Assembly (NCBI GenBank): GCA_964016885.1
Contig: OZ024740.1
Span: forward strand, 87,730,001-87,794,000
Length of the DNA: 64,000 nt
Source of the DNA: Eledone cirrhosa
Taxonomy: Eukaryota
Reading direction: 5' to 3'
Below are positions 12,310-25,271 of this stretch, in pieces (the stretch's first letter is position 1; each line of letters opens with the position of its first letter). The position numbers and the translations under genes are program-made. A model generated the notes under the pieces. It was given only the letters and a program-made list of their open reading frames with translations. It did no database searches and was not told the DNA's origin.

Positions 12310-12487
12310 AAATCTGTATTGGATGGCTCTTGACTCTCCTCATTTCCTCCGCCCTATGACGTGTCTTGTCTTTTTGTCCCGCAGGGTGTCCAAAATCACC
12401 TTCCTCATCAAGCAAGCTTGGTGGGATTGCCGGTTTACTTGCCGAAGACCCGACCATGCACAGATTGAACTGTGCATGGTAGGGCCG
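12310..12487 (-). mobile_element. Short element sharing the RTE 5'-leader module
   Basis: Matches the CATGGTCGGGTC...CACCAAG hairpin...GGACACCCTGC module of the RTE 5' UTR at 49180-49386. Confidence 0.7.
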
Positions 12488-12506
12488 TATATATATATAT
12501 ACACAT

Positions 12507-12600
<94 letters not shown>

Positions 12601-12604
<4 letters not shown>

Positions 12605-13021
12605 CGAAGGAAATGTGGTAAGGAACCAGGTGGACCATAACGCACCAAAGTACTCAATACTTAGGGTAGTAGAGTGGGTAATAGGAACAAGTAAGACCCC
12701 GACGGCTGAACTCAAGCCGTTTCGACGGCTAATTCTGGACATGAATTAGCCGTCGAAACGGCTTGAGTTCAGCCGTCGGGGTCTTACTTGTTCCTATTAC
12801 CCACTCTACTACCCTAAGTATTGAGTACTTTGGTGCGTTATGGTCTACCTGGTTCCTTACCACATTTCCTTCGTTATCTAGCTCCTATCCCCGTAGTAGA
12901 GCACTTTCCGACCCTACCACGCCGTATCCAGACTTTTCCGCTAAGCTCAATTTCTTTCACCCGCACCAGTCCTGAATTAGCCGTCGAAACGGCTTGAGCT
13001 CTGCCGTCGGGGTCTTACTTG

Positions 13022-13025
<4 letters not shown>
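12601..13025. mobile_element. P1-family head-to-head palindrome plus partial tandem copy
   Basis: Arms 12601-12735 and 12743-12877 with a 7-nt spacer. A direct repeat of the start of the right arm lies at ~12974-13024. Bounded by (TA)n on both sides. Confidence 0.8.
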
Positions 13026-13074
<49 letters not shown>

Positions 13075-13075
<1 letters not shown>

Positions 13076-13700
13076 ATGGCTTGCAATATTTATTGATCAG
13101 TTGCATTTCTTGAAACATCAGTGATGTTTGTTTCTGGGTATATCTATGGAACGCTTGTTGCAGTTTCTTAAGAGTAAGATACCGCCATCCCTGTATAGAA
13201 CACTTTCTAGGGTGGTTATATTAAATGTTAAGTAATAAAAATACTCTAACTAGATCAATTACCTCTGCCGAATCCCTCACTCCCATGTCGGCATCAAATG
13301 GAATGTTAACGGGTAGGGACCTTTTAGCTTGTAGAACTATATTGATATCATAGTTATTGATTTGGGTGATGGATCTAATAAAGTTCATGTCATCCATTAG
13401 TTGAGATTATGTTATGAATATATAGTTGTCATATGAATATATAATAGTTTTCCGTTAACTTGTAAAAAAGCGTGTTAATCGTAGGTATTTCTAAGCTAGC
13501 TAAGTACCGACTGGGTGTTGTTCGATGAATTGGAAGCGTACGCGTGTTTCTGTGTGTATGTGTGCAAAGCAGAAACCGACTGAAGAAAATGCAGTTTGAG
13601 CTTCTCGAGTAAATAAAGATATCTTTTTTATTTGGGGAGCTTCAATTATCAGAATATTTTGCCTGGAGAACCCAAGAGGAGGAATAGCTTTTCTTTGAAA
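13075..13700 (-). pseudogene. Degenerate Penelope-like reverse transcriptase fragment
   Basis: Minus strand reads FDADMGVRDSAEVIDLVRVFLL and VLYRDGGIL, resembling PLE RT motifs FDVTMGSxDGAEVCELVG and GLYRDDGL. Confidence 0.6.
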
Positions 13701-14441
13701 CATGCAATAAAATGAGATTGTTGTATAGTATTTTTGCTAGTGGTGGTGTATATTTTCTGTCTGTTTATTTTAGCAAGGTTCAGTGCTATAAGTATTATTT
13801 TCTTCATTAATCGTATATTTTTTACGTCATCGCCCACTTTCACACGCCCATTTTTCTACCGCCCACCTGTATAGTAATTATTCAAAAGCAATCCAAAAAT
13901 GTTTGGTAAAAGTTCGTTATTCCCATTTAGTCTCTTTTTATTTTATACATGTTCTTTGCATATTTCCTTTGAATATATATTTTCGAGTAGCTTATGTTGA
14001 AATACGATCTTAATACTCAAAATCATATATTGTCTATCAACATTTCCAATCGCCCACCCTTTTCTGTTCAGTTGTTTATCACCCACCAGTGGGCAATATC
14101 GCCCAGGTATAGTTTACAAATGCCTTCATATCGTTGAAAGTACAAGGTAGCCAACTGGAAGGTTTACTTGAGCTGACAATAAAAATTGTTGGAATTAAAA
14201 AATTCACAACTCGAATTCTTGTAGTAGTCGTTTTATATAGTTACAGCATGGCCGAACAGGAACGACCTATTCCTGATTAGATAACGTAGTTTTAGATACA
14301 CGATGAATTAAAAACGACTGAAACGCCTTTGATTTGCTCGATCAGGACTGACCTAGTATTAAACAACAACAACAATTACTATTATTGCTGCAGCTGTTGT
14401 GGTTCTTTATATTTTCTTCTCTCGCACCGAGGACCCTTTGT

Positions 14442-14677
14442 GGTTAGGTTGCGACACTTTTCCAGGGCATCGGCTCAACCGGATCAGAGGTTAGGTTGTG
14501 TGGCTCTTTACTAGCGTATCGGCTGAGCCGGATCAATGGTTAGGTTGCGGTTCTTTACCAGGACATCAGCTCAGCTGGATCAGAGATTAGGTTGTGGTTC
14601 TTTACTAGCGTATTGGCTCAGCTGGATCAGAGGTTAGCTTGCGGCTCTTTACTAGTGCATCGACTCGGCTGGATCAG
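14442..14677. repeat. 47-bp minisatellite, 5 units
   Basis: GGTTAGGTTG...GGATCAG units start at 14442, 14489, 14538, 14585 and 14632. Confidence 0.9.
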
Positions 14678-14945
14678 TTTCGATTCTGAAGTAAAACTAA
14701 TTAAACTGCTTTTCTTACACTGTTGTTGTTGTTGGGTAGTTCGAGATCTCCCTAGATCGTGCTAATCTATTGTCATAGGCATTCCAGCTGTGATTATCCA
14801 GTCTTATTATTTTGACACAGGACTACATTATCCAATGTGTAGTGTCTTGTTTAAGATTATAAAGTGAGTCGAGAGTTATTTGGCTGCCATTTCTAGCAAA
14901 CGGAAAAAATCATGTAGAGGTTTGGTTGTGTCATTCAATTGATCT

Positions 14946-15009
<64 letters not shown>

Positions 15010-15098
15010 CTCTCTCTTTCTTTCTCTGACAATTCAATAGTATGACAGCCCTTATATATTTAATTTCTATTACACCGAGACCACTATCGCTGTATGAT

Positions 15099-15170
<72 letters not shown>

Positions 15171-15834
15171 ACATTGATGTTGTATACGCATTGTAACAGC
15201 AGTAGTTGTAGTAGTAGTAGTAGTTGTCGGTCTTCCCTCATCAACACCTTTTAATTCAGTAGCAGTAGCAGCAGCACTATTAAGAGGAAAGGTAAAACTT
15301 ATGTCACTGAAAACGAGGTTTGGGGATTCGCTTGTGTCCGATTCCCTGGTAATATCGCTCGACTGCCCTTCCAAGCTTAGATCTCATAAGATATTTGAGT
15401 TACATAAACAAAAGCGAGTCGTTTAAATAACAGACGGGATTGTCATGCCTGGAACGTCTCTAATTATAAGGAATTTGCTTTGCCAGAACTGGCCGGGGGC
15501 TAAACAAGGTTTCAATACTTTATTTTATTTATCTTTTAAAATTTGATCGCTAGAAAATGACAAAAATATATAAAATAAAATAAAACACCGCGAGCGATGT
15601 CAAGAGCGAGTTTCTACGTGATCACTCGATTTGCTAGAGATAGTAGCCAAATGTCTCAAAACACAAATACTGAATCTAAAGTTATAGTCCTGTTTGAATG
15701 TTAATAAATAAACGGGATGATCACAGCTGTAATATCTTTGGTGATAGGTCTGCCCATCACCTCTGACCTAGGGCTAAACACGGCCTTCTAAGGTATAAAA
15801 GATATCATTAATTTTAAAAGCTAGAATAAAGAGA

Positions 15835-16094
15835 TAGAAAACCAATCGACAAGATCCTAGACATCACTCGCTTACCGAGTCGGGTGGAGATTGTCAAATC
15901 GGACCAAGGAAGCAATGTTTTCACCGGTCTTTCTATTGCCGACTCTATCTACCGGTCGCAACTCCTGGCAGGATGAGGAACGTGAAATAAAGTGTCTTGT
16001 TCAAGGACATAATGCATCGCCTGGTCCGGGTATCGAACTCGCAACCTCACGATTGCGAATTTGATTCTCTAATCGCTAAGCCACACGCTTTCAC
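15835..16094 (-). mobile_element. tRNA-derived CORE-like SINE
   Basis: Minus strand TGGCTTAGCGATTAG A box, GAGTTCGATACC B box, then CCTTGAACAAGACACTTTA. Close relative at 20815-21082; related element at ~36770-37090. Confidence 0.7.
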
Positions 16095-16623
16095 TAAATA
16101 GGACAAAACAAAGGCAAGTAGTCACTCCACCTGCTAGAAATAGCAGCCAAATCAACCCCGTTCCCCCCAAACACTGCGGTTGCCGCTCCACTTGCTAGAA
16201 ATAGCAGCCAAATCAACCGCGTCCCCACAAAAACTGCGGTTGCCGAAACACACAAGATGTTGTAGTTGTAGATAACACCACACACGCTGTTTAAATAAAT
16301 GATGAAGTGGTCAGGACTAGAACATCTATAATCACAGGTCTGTTCAATCACACAGTTGACCTGAGGGTTAAACGATGTTAAAGACCTGCTGGCAACTGAC
16401 CATTGCTAAGTCGGTAGGTCAGTAAATAGGCAGTTGTTGTTATTGTTGTTGTCGTTGTTGTTGTTGTTGCAGCAGCTGTCGTTGTTAGTGTTGATGTTAG
16501 TAATATTGTCGCTGCAATCGTTATTAATGTTGTTTCTGTTCTTGTTGTTGTTAGTGTTGTTATATATGTGTTTTTCAATCCTTATCTTATTTCTTTTCCT
16601 TTTTGTTAGGAAATATGTAGGCG

Positions 16624-16626
<3 letters not shown>

Positions 16627-16663
<37 letters not shown>

Positions 16664-16732
16664 ATAGACACAGAGAGAGAAAGTCGTAGGAAAAAAGAGA
16701 AATAGTGAGAGAGAGAGACGAGAGAAGAGAAA

Positions 16733-16827
<95 letters not shown>

Positions 16828-17325
16828 AAGAGTAGAAGAAATATGAGAAGAGCGAGAGAGAGAGGAGAAAAGAGAAATATGAGAAAGAGGGAAAGAGTGA
16901 GAGATGGGGGAAGCAAAGAAATAGAAATATCTACTGAAAAGACAGGAGTAAAAGTAAGAGAAAGCGAGAGGGAAAGTTGGAGGTGGGGGAGGAATAGCGT
17001 GAGATAAAGGGAGAAGTGAAAGAGAGAAATATAGAGGGAAGAGAAGGAGGAGAGAAAGAGAGAAATATAGAGGTGGAAGATGGTGAGAGAAAGAGAAATG
17101 TACAAAGAGATGGAGGAAGAGAGAAAGAAAGAAATGTACAGGGAGAGGGAGGAAGGGAGAAAGAAAGAAATGTACAGGGAGAAAGAAGAAAGAAAGAAAG
17201 AAAGAAATGTACAGGGAGAAGGAGGAAGAGAAAGAAAGAAATATGCAGGAAGAAGGAAGAAGAGAGAAAGAGATGTAGAGAGATAATGAGGAAGAGAAAA
17301 AGAGAAAAATATACATTGAGAACGA

Positions 17326-17400
<75 letters not shown>

Positions 17401-17470
17401 ATTCAGAGAGGAGGGAAAAGAAAGAGTAATACACAGAGAGGAGGAAGAAAGAAAGAGAGAAAGGGAGAAA
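16627..17470. repeat. Polypurine tract: (GA)n plus ~35-bp GAAATGTACAGGGAG minisatellite
   Basis: Almost pyrimidine-free plus strand with a repeated GAAATGTACA core. Confidence 0.9.
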
Positions 17471-18482
17471 AAATGAATGAAAGATAGACAGAGTTCGAAT
17501 GGAAGAGAAAATAGTTGTCTGTTTCGCTAAGATTTCAACAGAGAATATAAAAGAAAGTAAACGAGTAACAAGTACGTGTAAAGATAGAATAATTGTTTTT
17601 AATGTAGACACAAGACCAGTAAGATATGGGAAGGAAGAAAGTTGATTAAATTGACTCCAGTACATGACTGGTACTTTATTTTCTCGACGTCGGGTGAATA
17701 AAATGCAAAGTCGACCTTAGTGGGATTTGAACTCAGAACATAAAAACATAGAAGAAATGCCGCAAAACATTTTGTTCGACTCTCTAACGATTTCAGCAAT
17801 CCAAATCTTTTATTGGCTTCAAGGACCCAAGATATTTGGGATAATACTTGGGGGAACATAACGTAGAGTATGTAGATTGTATATCGAGTAAAGGGGACAT
17901 TACCTAAGGGAAAACAATAGATCGTATAACAATAATCGTATTAAATAGTCATGATAATAATATAACATAATAATAATTGTTTCTACTTTAGGCACAAGGC
18001 CAGCAATTACCCAGTGCATTACTGGTACTTTATTTTATCTACCCCGTAAGGATGAAAGGCAAAGTCAACCTCGGCGGGATTTGAACTCAGATCGTAAAGG
18101 GACGTAACTATGCTGGAAAGCATGGCGTCCGACCCTCTACCGATACTGCCAATCCACCGCCCTAAACATAATAATAATGGTTTCTGATTTAGGCACAAGG
18201 CCAGCAATTTTGGGGGAGGGGAAAGTCGATTAAATCGACTCCAGTACATTAACCGATGCTTATCGACCCCATAAGGATGAAAAACAAAGCTAATCTCGGC
18301 TGGATTTGAATGCAGAACGTAAAAGGCCGTAACTCTATGTTGCAAACCATGTTGTACGACGCTTTACTGATACTGTCAATCAGTTTCTGATTTAGGTAAA
18401 AGGTCAACAACCCCACTGGTACTTTATTTCATTGATCCCCGTCAGGATGAAAGGCAAAGTTGACCTCGGTGGCATTAACACA

Positions 18483-18870
18483 ATCCAAATTTTTTGTTAG
18501 CCACTGGGGCCGAAACCTAAAGGTCAATACTATAAACAGGGACAGTGGAAATTTACATAAAGCGTGTAAAAAAGAAAGAAAGCAGGTAACAATTAACAAT
18601 AAATAAATAACCAGAATTCCCCAATAAGTGGGTGCAAGCCCCAGGGTTAGTTTAGAACTCCCTAATTGCCAAGAGCACCCTAGAAAGGCGTCCCTCTTCC
18701 CTCAATCCTTCACCTGTGGAACCTGAAAACATTGATGAGGGCTTGGCCTAAGAGAAAAGTGTTCGTCTTCGTCTTCAGTCATTTCAATCTCGTCCACCAC
18801 ACAACCTCTTTTGCTACAGCCACGAAGCAAAGGAAAACTACCTGCTCTCCCCTTTAACAACCGTGATCAT
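18483..18870 (-). mobile_element. Tx1/L1-clade LINE 3' fragment (diverged)
   Basis: Similar to the 3' UTR at 44765-45072 (GGGACAGTGG, AATTCCCCAATA, CCCAGGGTT, GAGCACCCT). An older fragment is likely at ~22220-22760. Confidence 0.6.
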
Positions 18871-19771
18871 AAATGGCAGTAATAACAATACACATAAAAC
18901 AATAAAAGTTACCAATAAAAAGTTCCCCGATGAGAGAAGAAGACACCCTTAAAATAATTCTAGCCCCCATCCTCCGTCCAGAAGTCCAGAAACTCCGGAT
19001 TACTTTTTACATGAAAGGCATTGAAAGTGTCCTTTCTTGGTTTCATTCCTCCTACTTAGAAATAGGAGAAGATACATTCAGTCATTCTCACCCACCTTTC
19101 ATCAACCACACTAGAAGGTAGCACCTTCCTCCCTACCCTGGCCTTCCTCTTCTGAAATTAATGATAGCCGGATCTGCCCCACGTGTGACAGCAGCTGTTC
19201 GACATAAGCCCCGAAGCCTGCAATGTGGAAACACGACAAGGACGAAAAACAAAAAATACAAACAATGAGGATTATGTTAAGTAAAAAGAAGGCGAAATAC
19301 TGATTTCTACTTAAGGCACAAGGCCAGCAATTTCATCGACCTCGGAAGGTAGAAAGGCAAAGTTGACCTCGGCTGGAATTGAACTTGGAACGTTAAAAAC
19401 AAAAGAAACATCGCAAGGTTTTATAAGCGGTGCTCTAACGAGTCTGCCAACCTAACGCTCTAGGTTAAGCTTTATTTCTAACAGAGACACACAATAAGAA
19501 ATTTGGGGAAGGGAATAATCAATTAAATCGATCTATGTGTTTCACTGATATTTTGTTTTATCGACCATGGGAGAATGAAAGGGAAAATTTGAACTCAAAC
19601 GTAAAGAGCCGTAATAATCACCGTATGGTATTTAGTCTGACACTCGGATTTCTTTTAGGGACCATATGAGCTAAACATTCCAGGGTCGGTACGAAGCCGC
19701 TTTACAAAGGAAAACAACTGACAATAAGGAAGAGGTTTTACATTGAAGAACAGTATACACACACACACACG

Positions 19772-19833
<62 letters not shown>

Positions 19834-20390
19834 AACAAAATTTTTTTTTATCCACACGCCACCCACACCCACAACACGCTTAAACCACACACACGTGCTT
19901 CCCACCACATATTTACACCCTCAGCCTCCTGATTCCTCTCCCCCCACCCCCTATCCACACACGCACAGACACTCCGACCCACAAAAACACCCCCACACAC
20001 ACCTTCCTGAACATGCAACCCCGTTCTTCCCCCAACCCTCACTTTCACATACACACACACACACACACACACACGCACACCTAACCACACACACCACCTT
20101 CAGCCCTCCCCGCTCGGACACCCCGTCTCCCTCTCCCCACTCCACCCGCCACCACCCCTACTAACCCCACACCCTTCCACCACCTGTTTACCCCCCTTTT
20201 AATTTCAGTTTATTTTGATCATGCCTTTATTTTAAAATTTTCTCATTCCTTGTATTTTGATCATGCTTTATTTTTATTTATTATATTTTTTGTCTTTATT
20301 TGTTAATTTTTCATTCGCACCGTTTCCTTTCGCTATATGTCTCTCCACCACTCCCCTACACACCTTTTGAACTCTGTTCCCACACACTTC

Positions 20391-20425
20391 TCACCTGAAG
20401 AAGGGCTTATGCCCGAAACGTCATC
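20391..20425 (+). ncRNA. Penelope-type minimal hammerhead motif (stem I degenerate)
   Basis: CTGAAGA-A-GGGC TTAT GCCC-GAAAC-GTC, followed by AATAAA at 20461 and a (TA)n tract. Confidence 0.65.
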
Positions 20426-20509
20426 CCCCACCTACCCCCCACTCTCCTGAGCGTGAATTTAATAAACATTTATCGTACTGCCTCTCTGTTCTGTCCCTGT
20501 ACAATTTTC

Positions 20510-20573
<64 letters not shown>

Positions 20574-22989
20574 AATAATTGACCCCGGTACTTGTACATT
20601 ATTTATCGACCTTGTAAGGATGATAAGCAAAGTTGATATTAGCGGGATTAGAACTGAAAGCGCACTGAACCGGAACAAGTACCGAGTCTGTCAATTCGCC
20701 GCATTTATTAAAAAAAAGGAATAACAATGAATATAACTAACAATATAAAACGATATCAAAGGTTAGGGGGAGGTACGGTGTAGTGATTCGGGTACCCTCA
20801 AATTCAACCTTAGATTTTCAATCGATCGAATCGATCGACAAGATCCCAGACCTCATTTTCTTACCGTGTGAGGTGGAACTCGTCAAATCGGACAAAGGAA
20901 ACAATGTTTCCGTTGATTTTTCCCTTTGCTGGCACTATCTACCGGGCACATCCCCTGGCAGAAAGAACAAAGTGAAATAAAGTCTTTCTCAAGGATATCA
21001 CGCATCATCCGGTCCAGGAATCGAACTCGCAACCTCACAATTGCGAATCCAATTCTCTAACAAACAAGTCACATGCCTTCACACAATTTTCAAAAATAAT
21101 AGTTACCAATAGAGAAACAAGACCAATAATTTGACGCAAGGGAAACATTGATTCTATCACACCCCAGTATTTGATTGGTAATATATTTTGGTGAGTCCGG
21201 AAGGTTGAAAGGCGTAGTTGACCTCGGCGGTATTTGAACTCAGAACGTAAAGAGTCGTAACTAAATACCAAGTTTGCTAATCCGCTTTCCTTGTGTTTCT
21301 AATATAGACACAAGAGAAGAAATGTTTTCGGAGGGTGGGACTGGGGAGGACGAGGCAATCCATTAAAACTTGACTGGTACATATTCTATCAAACTCAAAA
21401 GGTTGAGGAGCAAAATTGACTTCAGAAGGATTTGAAATCAGAAAATAAACACCATATGGCATTTTGTCATACGCTCTGGTGACAACAATAATAATGGAAT
21501 CTACTTTAGGGACAAGGCCAAACATTTTTTTTCTTTTTGGGGGTGGTGGTGGTGCAAGTCAGTTAATGGAACTTTATTTTATCGACCCCGAAAGGACGAA
21601 AGGCAAAATTGATCAATCCTTCACCTTCATAATAATGGTTTCTTATATAGGCACAAGGCCAGTAATTTTGGGAGAGGGGAAAGTCGATTAAATTGACCCC
21701 AGTGCGTTACTGGTACTTTATTTTATCGACCCCCTTCCCCGTAAGGATGAAAGGCAAAGTTAACCTCGGCGGGATTTGAACTTGGATCATAAAGGGCTGT
21801 AACTTTATGCTGCAAAGCATGGTGTCTGACGCTCTACCGATACTGCCAATCCACCGCCCTTTCACCATAATAATAATAATTGTTTCTACTTTAGGCACAA
21901 GGCCAGCAATTACCCAGTACATTACTGGTACTTTATTTTATCGACCCCGTAAGGATGAAAGGCAAAGTTAACCTCGGCGGGATTTGAACTCAGACTGTAA
22001 AGGGACGTAACTATGCTAGAAAGCATGGCGTGGTTTCTGATTTAGGCACAAGGCCAACCATTTTGAGGGAGAGGAAAGTCGATTAAATTGATCTCCAGTG
22101 TATTACTGGTACTTTATTTTATCGACCCCGTAAAGATGAAAGGTAAAATTAACCTCGGCGGGATTTGAACTCAGAACGTAAAGTGCCGTGACTGAGTTTA
22201 AATCCCGCCGAGTAAGCTTTAATAATAATTTCTTTTATTTGCCACAAGAGCAACTGATGAAAGTGAAATTACAAAAACAAAATTTCAGAAAATGTGGGAA
22301 TTTACGCTTAATTATAAAGGAAAGAAAAGAAGGTATGATAAACAATAATATACACAAGAAATAAAATGAGACAACAAGAAAGAAAAACAACCACTTAGGG
22401 CTAATCAAGAAACCTCATAAATCCAAGATTATTCTGAGGATTAAGGACAAGTACCATCTCCCAGGCTGTGTTCTCCAGCCCACAGACACATGTTAAGAGT
22501 AAGTTCATTCAGTCTAATCATTGTCACCTATCTCACAAACAATTCAATGGAGTTATAGTATCTGTCTACCTCTCCACTTTCACCTTTCTCTTCTAATGAA
22601 ACTAAGAACAAAAGTTGATGAGGGCCGTTTGGTCAAAGGAGAAAGTGTCGCTCTCAAGTCCTTTAAATCATTTCCACAATACAATTTCTACTTTTACCAT
22701 GGCCACCAGACAGAGAAAAATAAAGAAAACACAGCCTCCACTTCTCGGTAAAGGGAAAGTGGCGAGTGGAAAGATGCTCATGATAGGCTCGTGATGATAA
22801 ATGAATGAACGGATAAATAAACAACTAAAAAAGTGAATAAATAAATAAGAAAGAACAAAAATAGTTACAAAAGCAAAATAAGAAAGAGAGAGAAAAGAAG
22901 TCAGGAAGAGGAACTTGGCTGCGACTTTTCGAAAAGTATTTAGTAACGAAAAACAAAAACAGCAGCGTCAATTATTCCAATCAAAGACA

Positions 22990-23067
22990 ATTGATGGTAG
23001 TAACAACAGCTACAACAACAACACGAACAACAGCAATACCACCAACCACAACAACAACAATACCATC

Positions 23068-23100
<33 letters not shown>

Positions 23101-24440
23101 ACCACCAACCACAACAACAACAATACCATCAACAACAACAACAACAACAACAACAATACCACCAACCACAACAACAACAATACCATCAACAACATCAACA
23201 ATGCCATCAACCACAACATCAACAACAATAACAATACCACCAACCACAACAACCACAACAACAATACAAACAACCACGACACCATAAACAACATCAACAA
23301 TCACAACATGAACAACAATAACAATAACACCAGCCACAACAACATTAACAACAACAACCACTACAACATCAACAACAACAATAACAATACCACCAACCAC
23401 AACATCAACAACAACAATAACAATACCACCAACCACAACAACCACAACAACAATACCATCAACTACAACAACCACTACAACATCAACAGCCACAGCAACA
23501 ACACAACCACCATCACCACCACCACCAACACTACCACCACCATCACCACCACCGCCATCATTAACACCACCACCACCACCACCACCACCACCACCACCAC
23601 CACCATCACCACCACCAACACTACCACCACCATCACCACCACCACCAACATTACCACCACCACCACCACCACCACCAACACTACCACCACCATCACCACC
23701 ACCACCACCACCACCAACACTACCACCACCATCACCACCACCAACACTACCACCACCATCACCACCACCACCAACATTACCACCACAACCACCAACACTA
23801 CCACCACCATCACCACCAACACCACCACCACCATCACCACCACCACCAACATTACCACCACAACCACCACCACCACCACCATCACCACCAACACCAACAC
23901 CACCATCACCACCACCAACACTACCACCACCATCACCACCACCGCCAACATTACCACCACCACCACCACCACCACCATCACCACCAACACTACCACCACC
24001 ATCACCACCACCAACACTACCACCACCATCACCACCACCACCAACATTACCACCATACCACCACCACCACCACCACCACCACCATCACCACCAACACTAC
24101 CACCACCATCACCACCACCAACACTACCACCACCATCACCACCACCACCAACATTACCACCACCACCACCACCACCACCACCACTAACACCACGACCACC
24201 ATCACCACCACCAACACTACCACCACCATCACCACCATCACCAACATTACCACCACCACCACCACCACCACTATCACCACCAACACTACCACCACCATCA
24301 CCACCACCAACACTACCACCACCATCACCACCACCACCAACATTACCACCACCACCACCACCACCACCACCACCACCACCAACACTACCACCACCAACAC
24401 TACCACCACCACCACCACCACCACCAACATTACCACTACC

Positions 24441-24472
<32 letters not shown>

Positions 24473-24664
24473 CACAACCACCATCACCACCACCACCACC
24501 ACCACCACTACCACCACCACCACCATCACCACAAACAACACCACCACCACCACCACCACTAACAGCAGCAACAAAAACAACAACAAACATCCACACCGTT
24601 CCAACCAGTCATCAAGACTATTTGTAGGCGAATACAACAAAAGAAGCGACTGCAACAGCAGCAT

Positions 24665-24712
<48 letters not shown>

Positions 24713-24920
24713 CAGCAGTAGTAGGTGTAGTAGTAGTAGTAGTATTAGGAGTAGAGGTAGTAGTAGTAGTGGTAGTAGTAGTGTTAGTAATAGCAATAGT
24801 AATAGTAGTAGTAGTAGCAGGAGCAGCAGCAGTAGTAGTAGCAGCAGTAGTAGCAGTAGTAGTAGTAGTAGTAGCAGCAGTAGCAGCAGTAGTAGTAGTA
24901 GTAGTAGTAGTAGCAGCAGC

Positions 24921-24952
<32 letters not shown>

Positions 24953-24974
24953 TCGCAGCAGCAGCAGTAGCAGC

Positions 24975-25012
<38 letters not shown>

Positions 25013-25150
25013 CAGCAGTAGCAGCAGTAGTAGTAGTAGTAGTAGCAGCAGCAGTAGTAGTAGCAGTAGTAGTGGTAGTCGCAGCAGCAGCAGTAGCAGC
25101 AGTAGTAGTAGTAGTAGTAGTAGCAGCAGTAGCAGCAGTAGTAGTAGTAG
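22990..25150. repeat. Compound trinucleotide array: (AAC)n grading to (ACC)n, then (TAG/CAG)n
   Basis: Direct reading; includes higher-order units such as ACCACCATCACCACCACCAACACT. Confidence 0.95.
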
Positions 25151-25271
25151 TTCTCTTTGCTTTTCTTCGTGACTGTTCGATTCTGTCAACTGGTGATCTT
25201 CGTGTTGTTGTTTTCAAGAAGTTGTTCATGATTACTGTCTGAGTGGCTATGTATGTCTGTATGTATGTATG

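Larger units (their letters stand above)
17590..22212 (-). mobile_element. Dense co-oriented cluster of ~13 SINE S1 copies
   Basis: Repeated GGCACAAGGCCAGCAATT...CTCGGCGGGATTTGAACTC units at about 17590, 17970, 18170, 18385, 19300, 19475, 20575, 21100, 21295, 21490, 21630, 21868 and 22032, all on the minus strand. Confidence 0.85.

Noticed and set aside
14442-14677. Regularly spaced repeats suggesting a CRISPR array
   Set aside because: Whole units are homologous with no unique spacers; eukaryotic context and no cas genes.
22915-24627. 570-aa Asn/Thr/Pro-rich ORF resembling a mucin, extensin or formin
   Set aside because: Pure AAC/ACC triplet array, open in several frames on both strands, with a non-ATG start and no globular domain.
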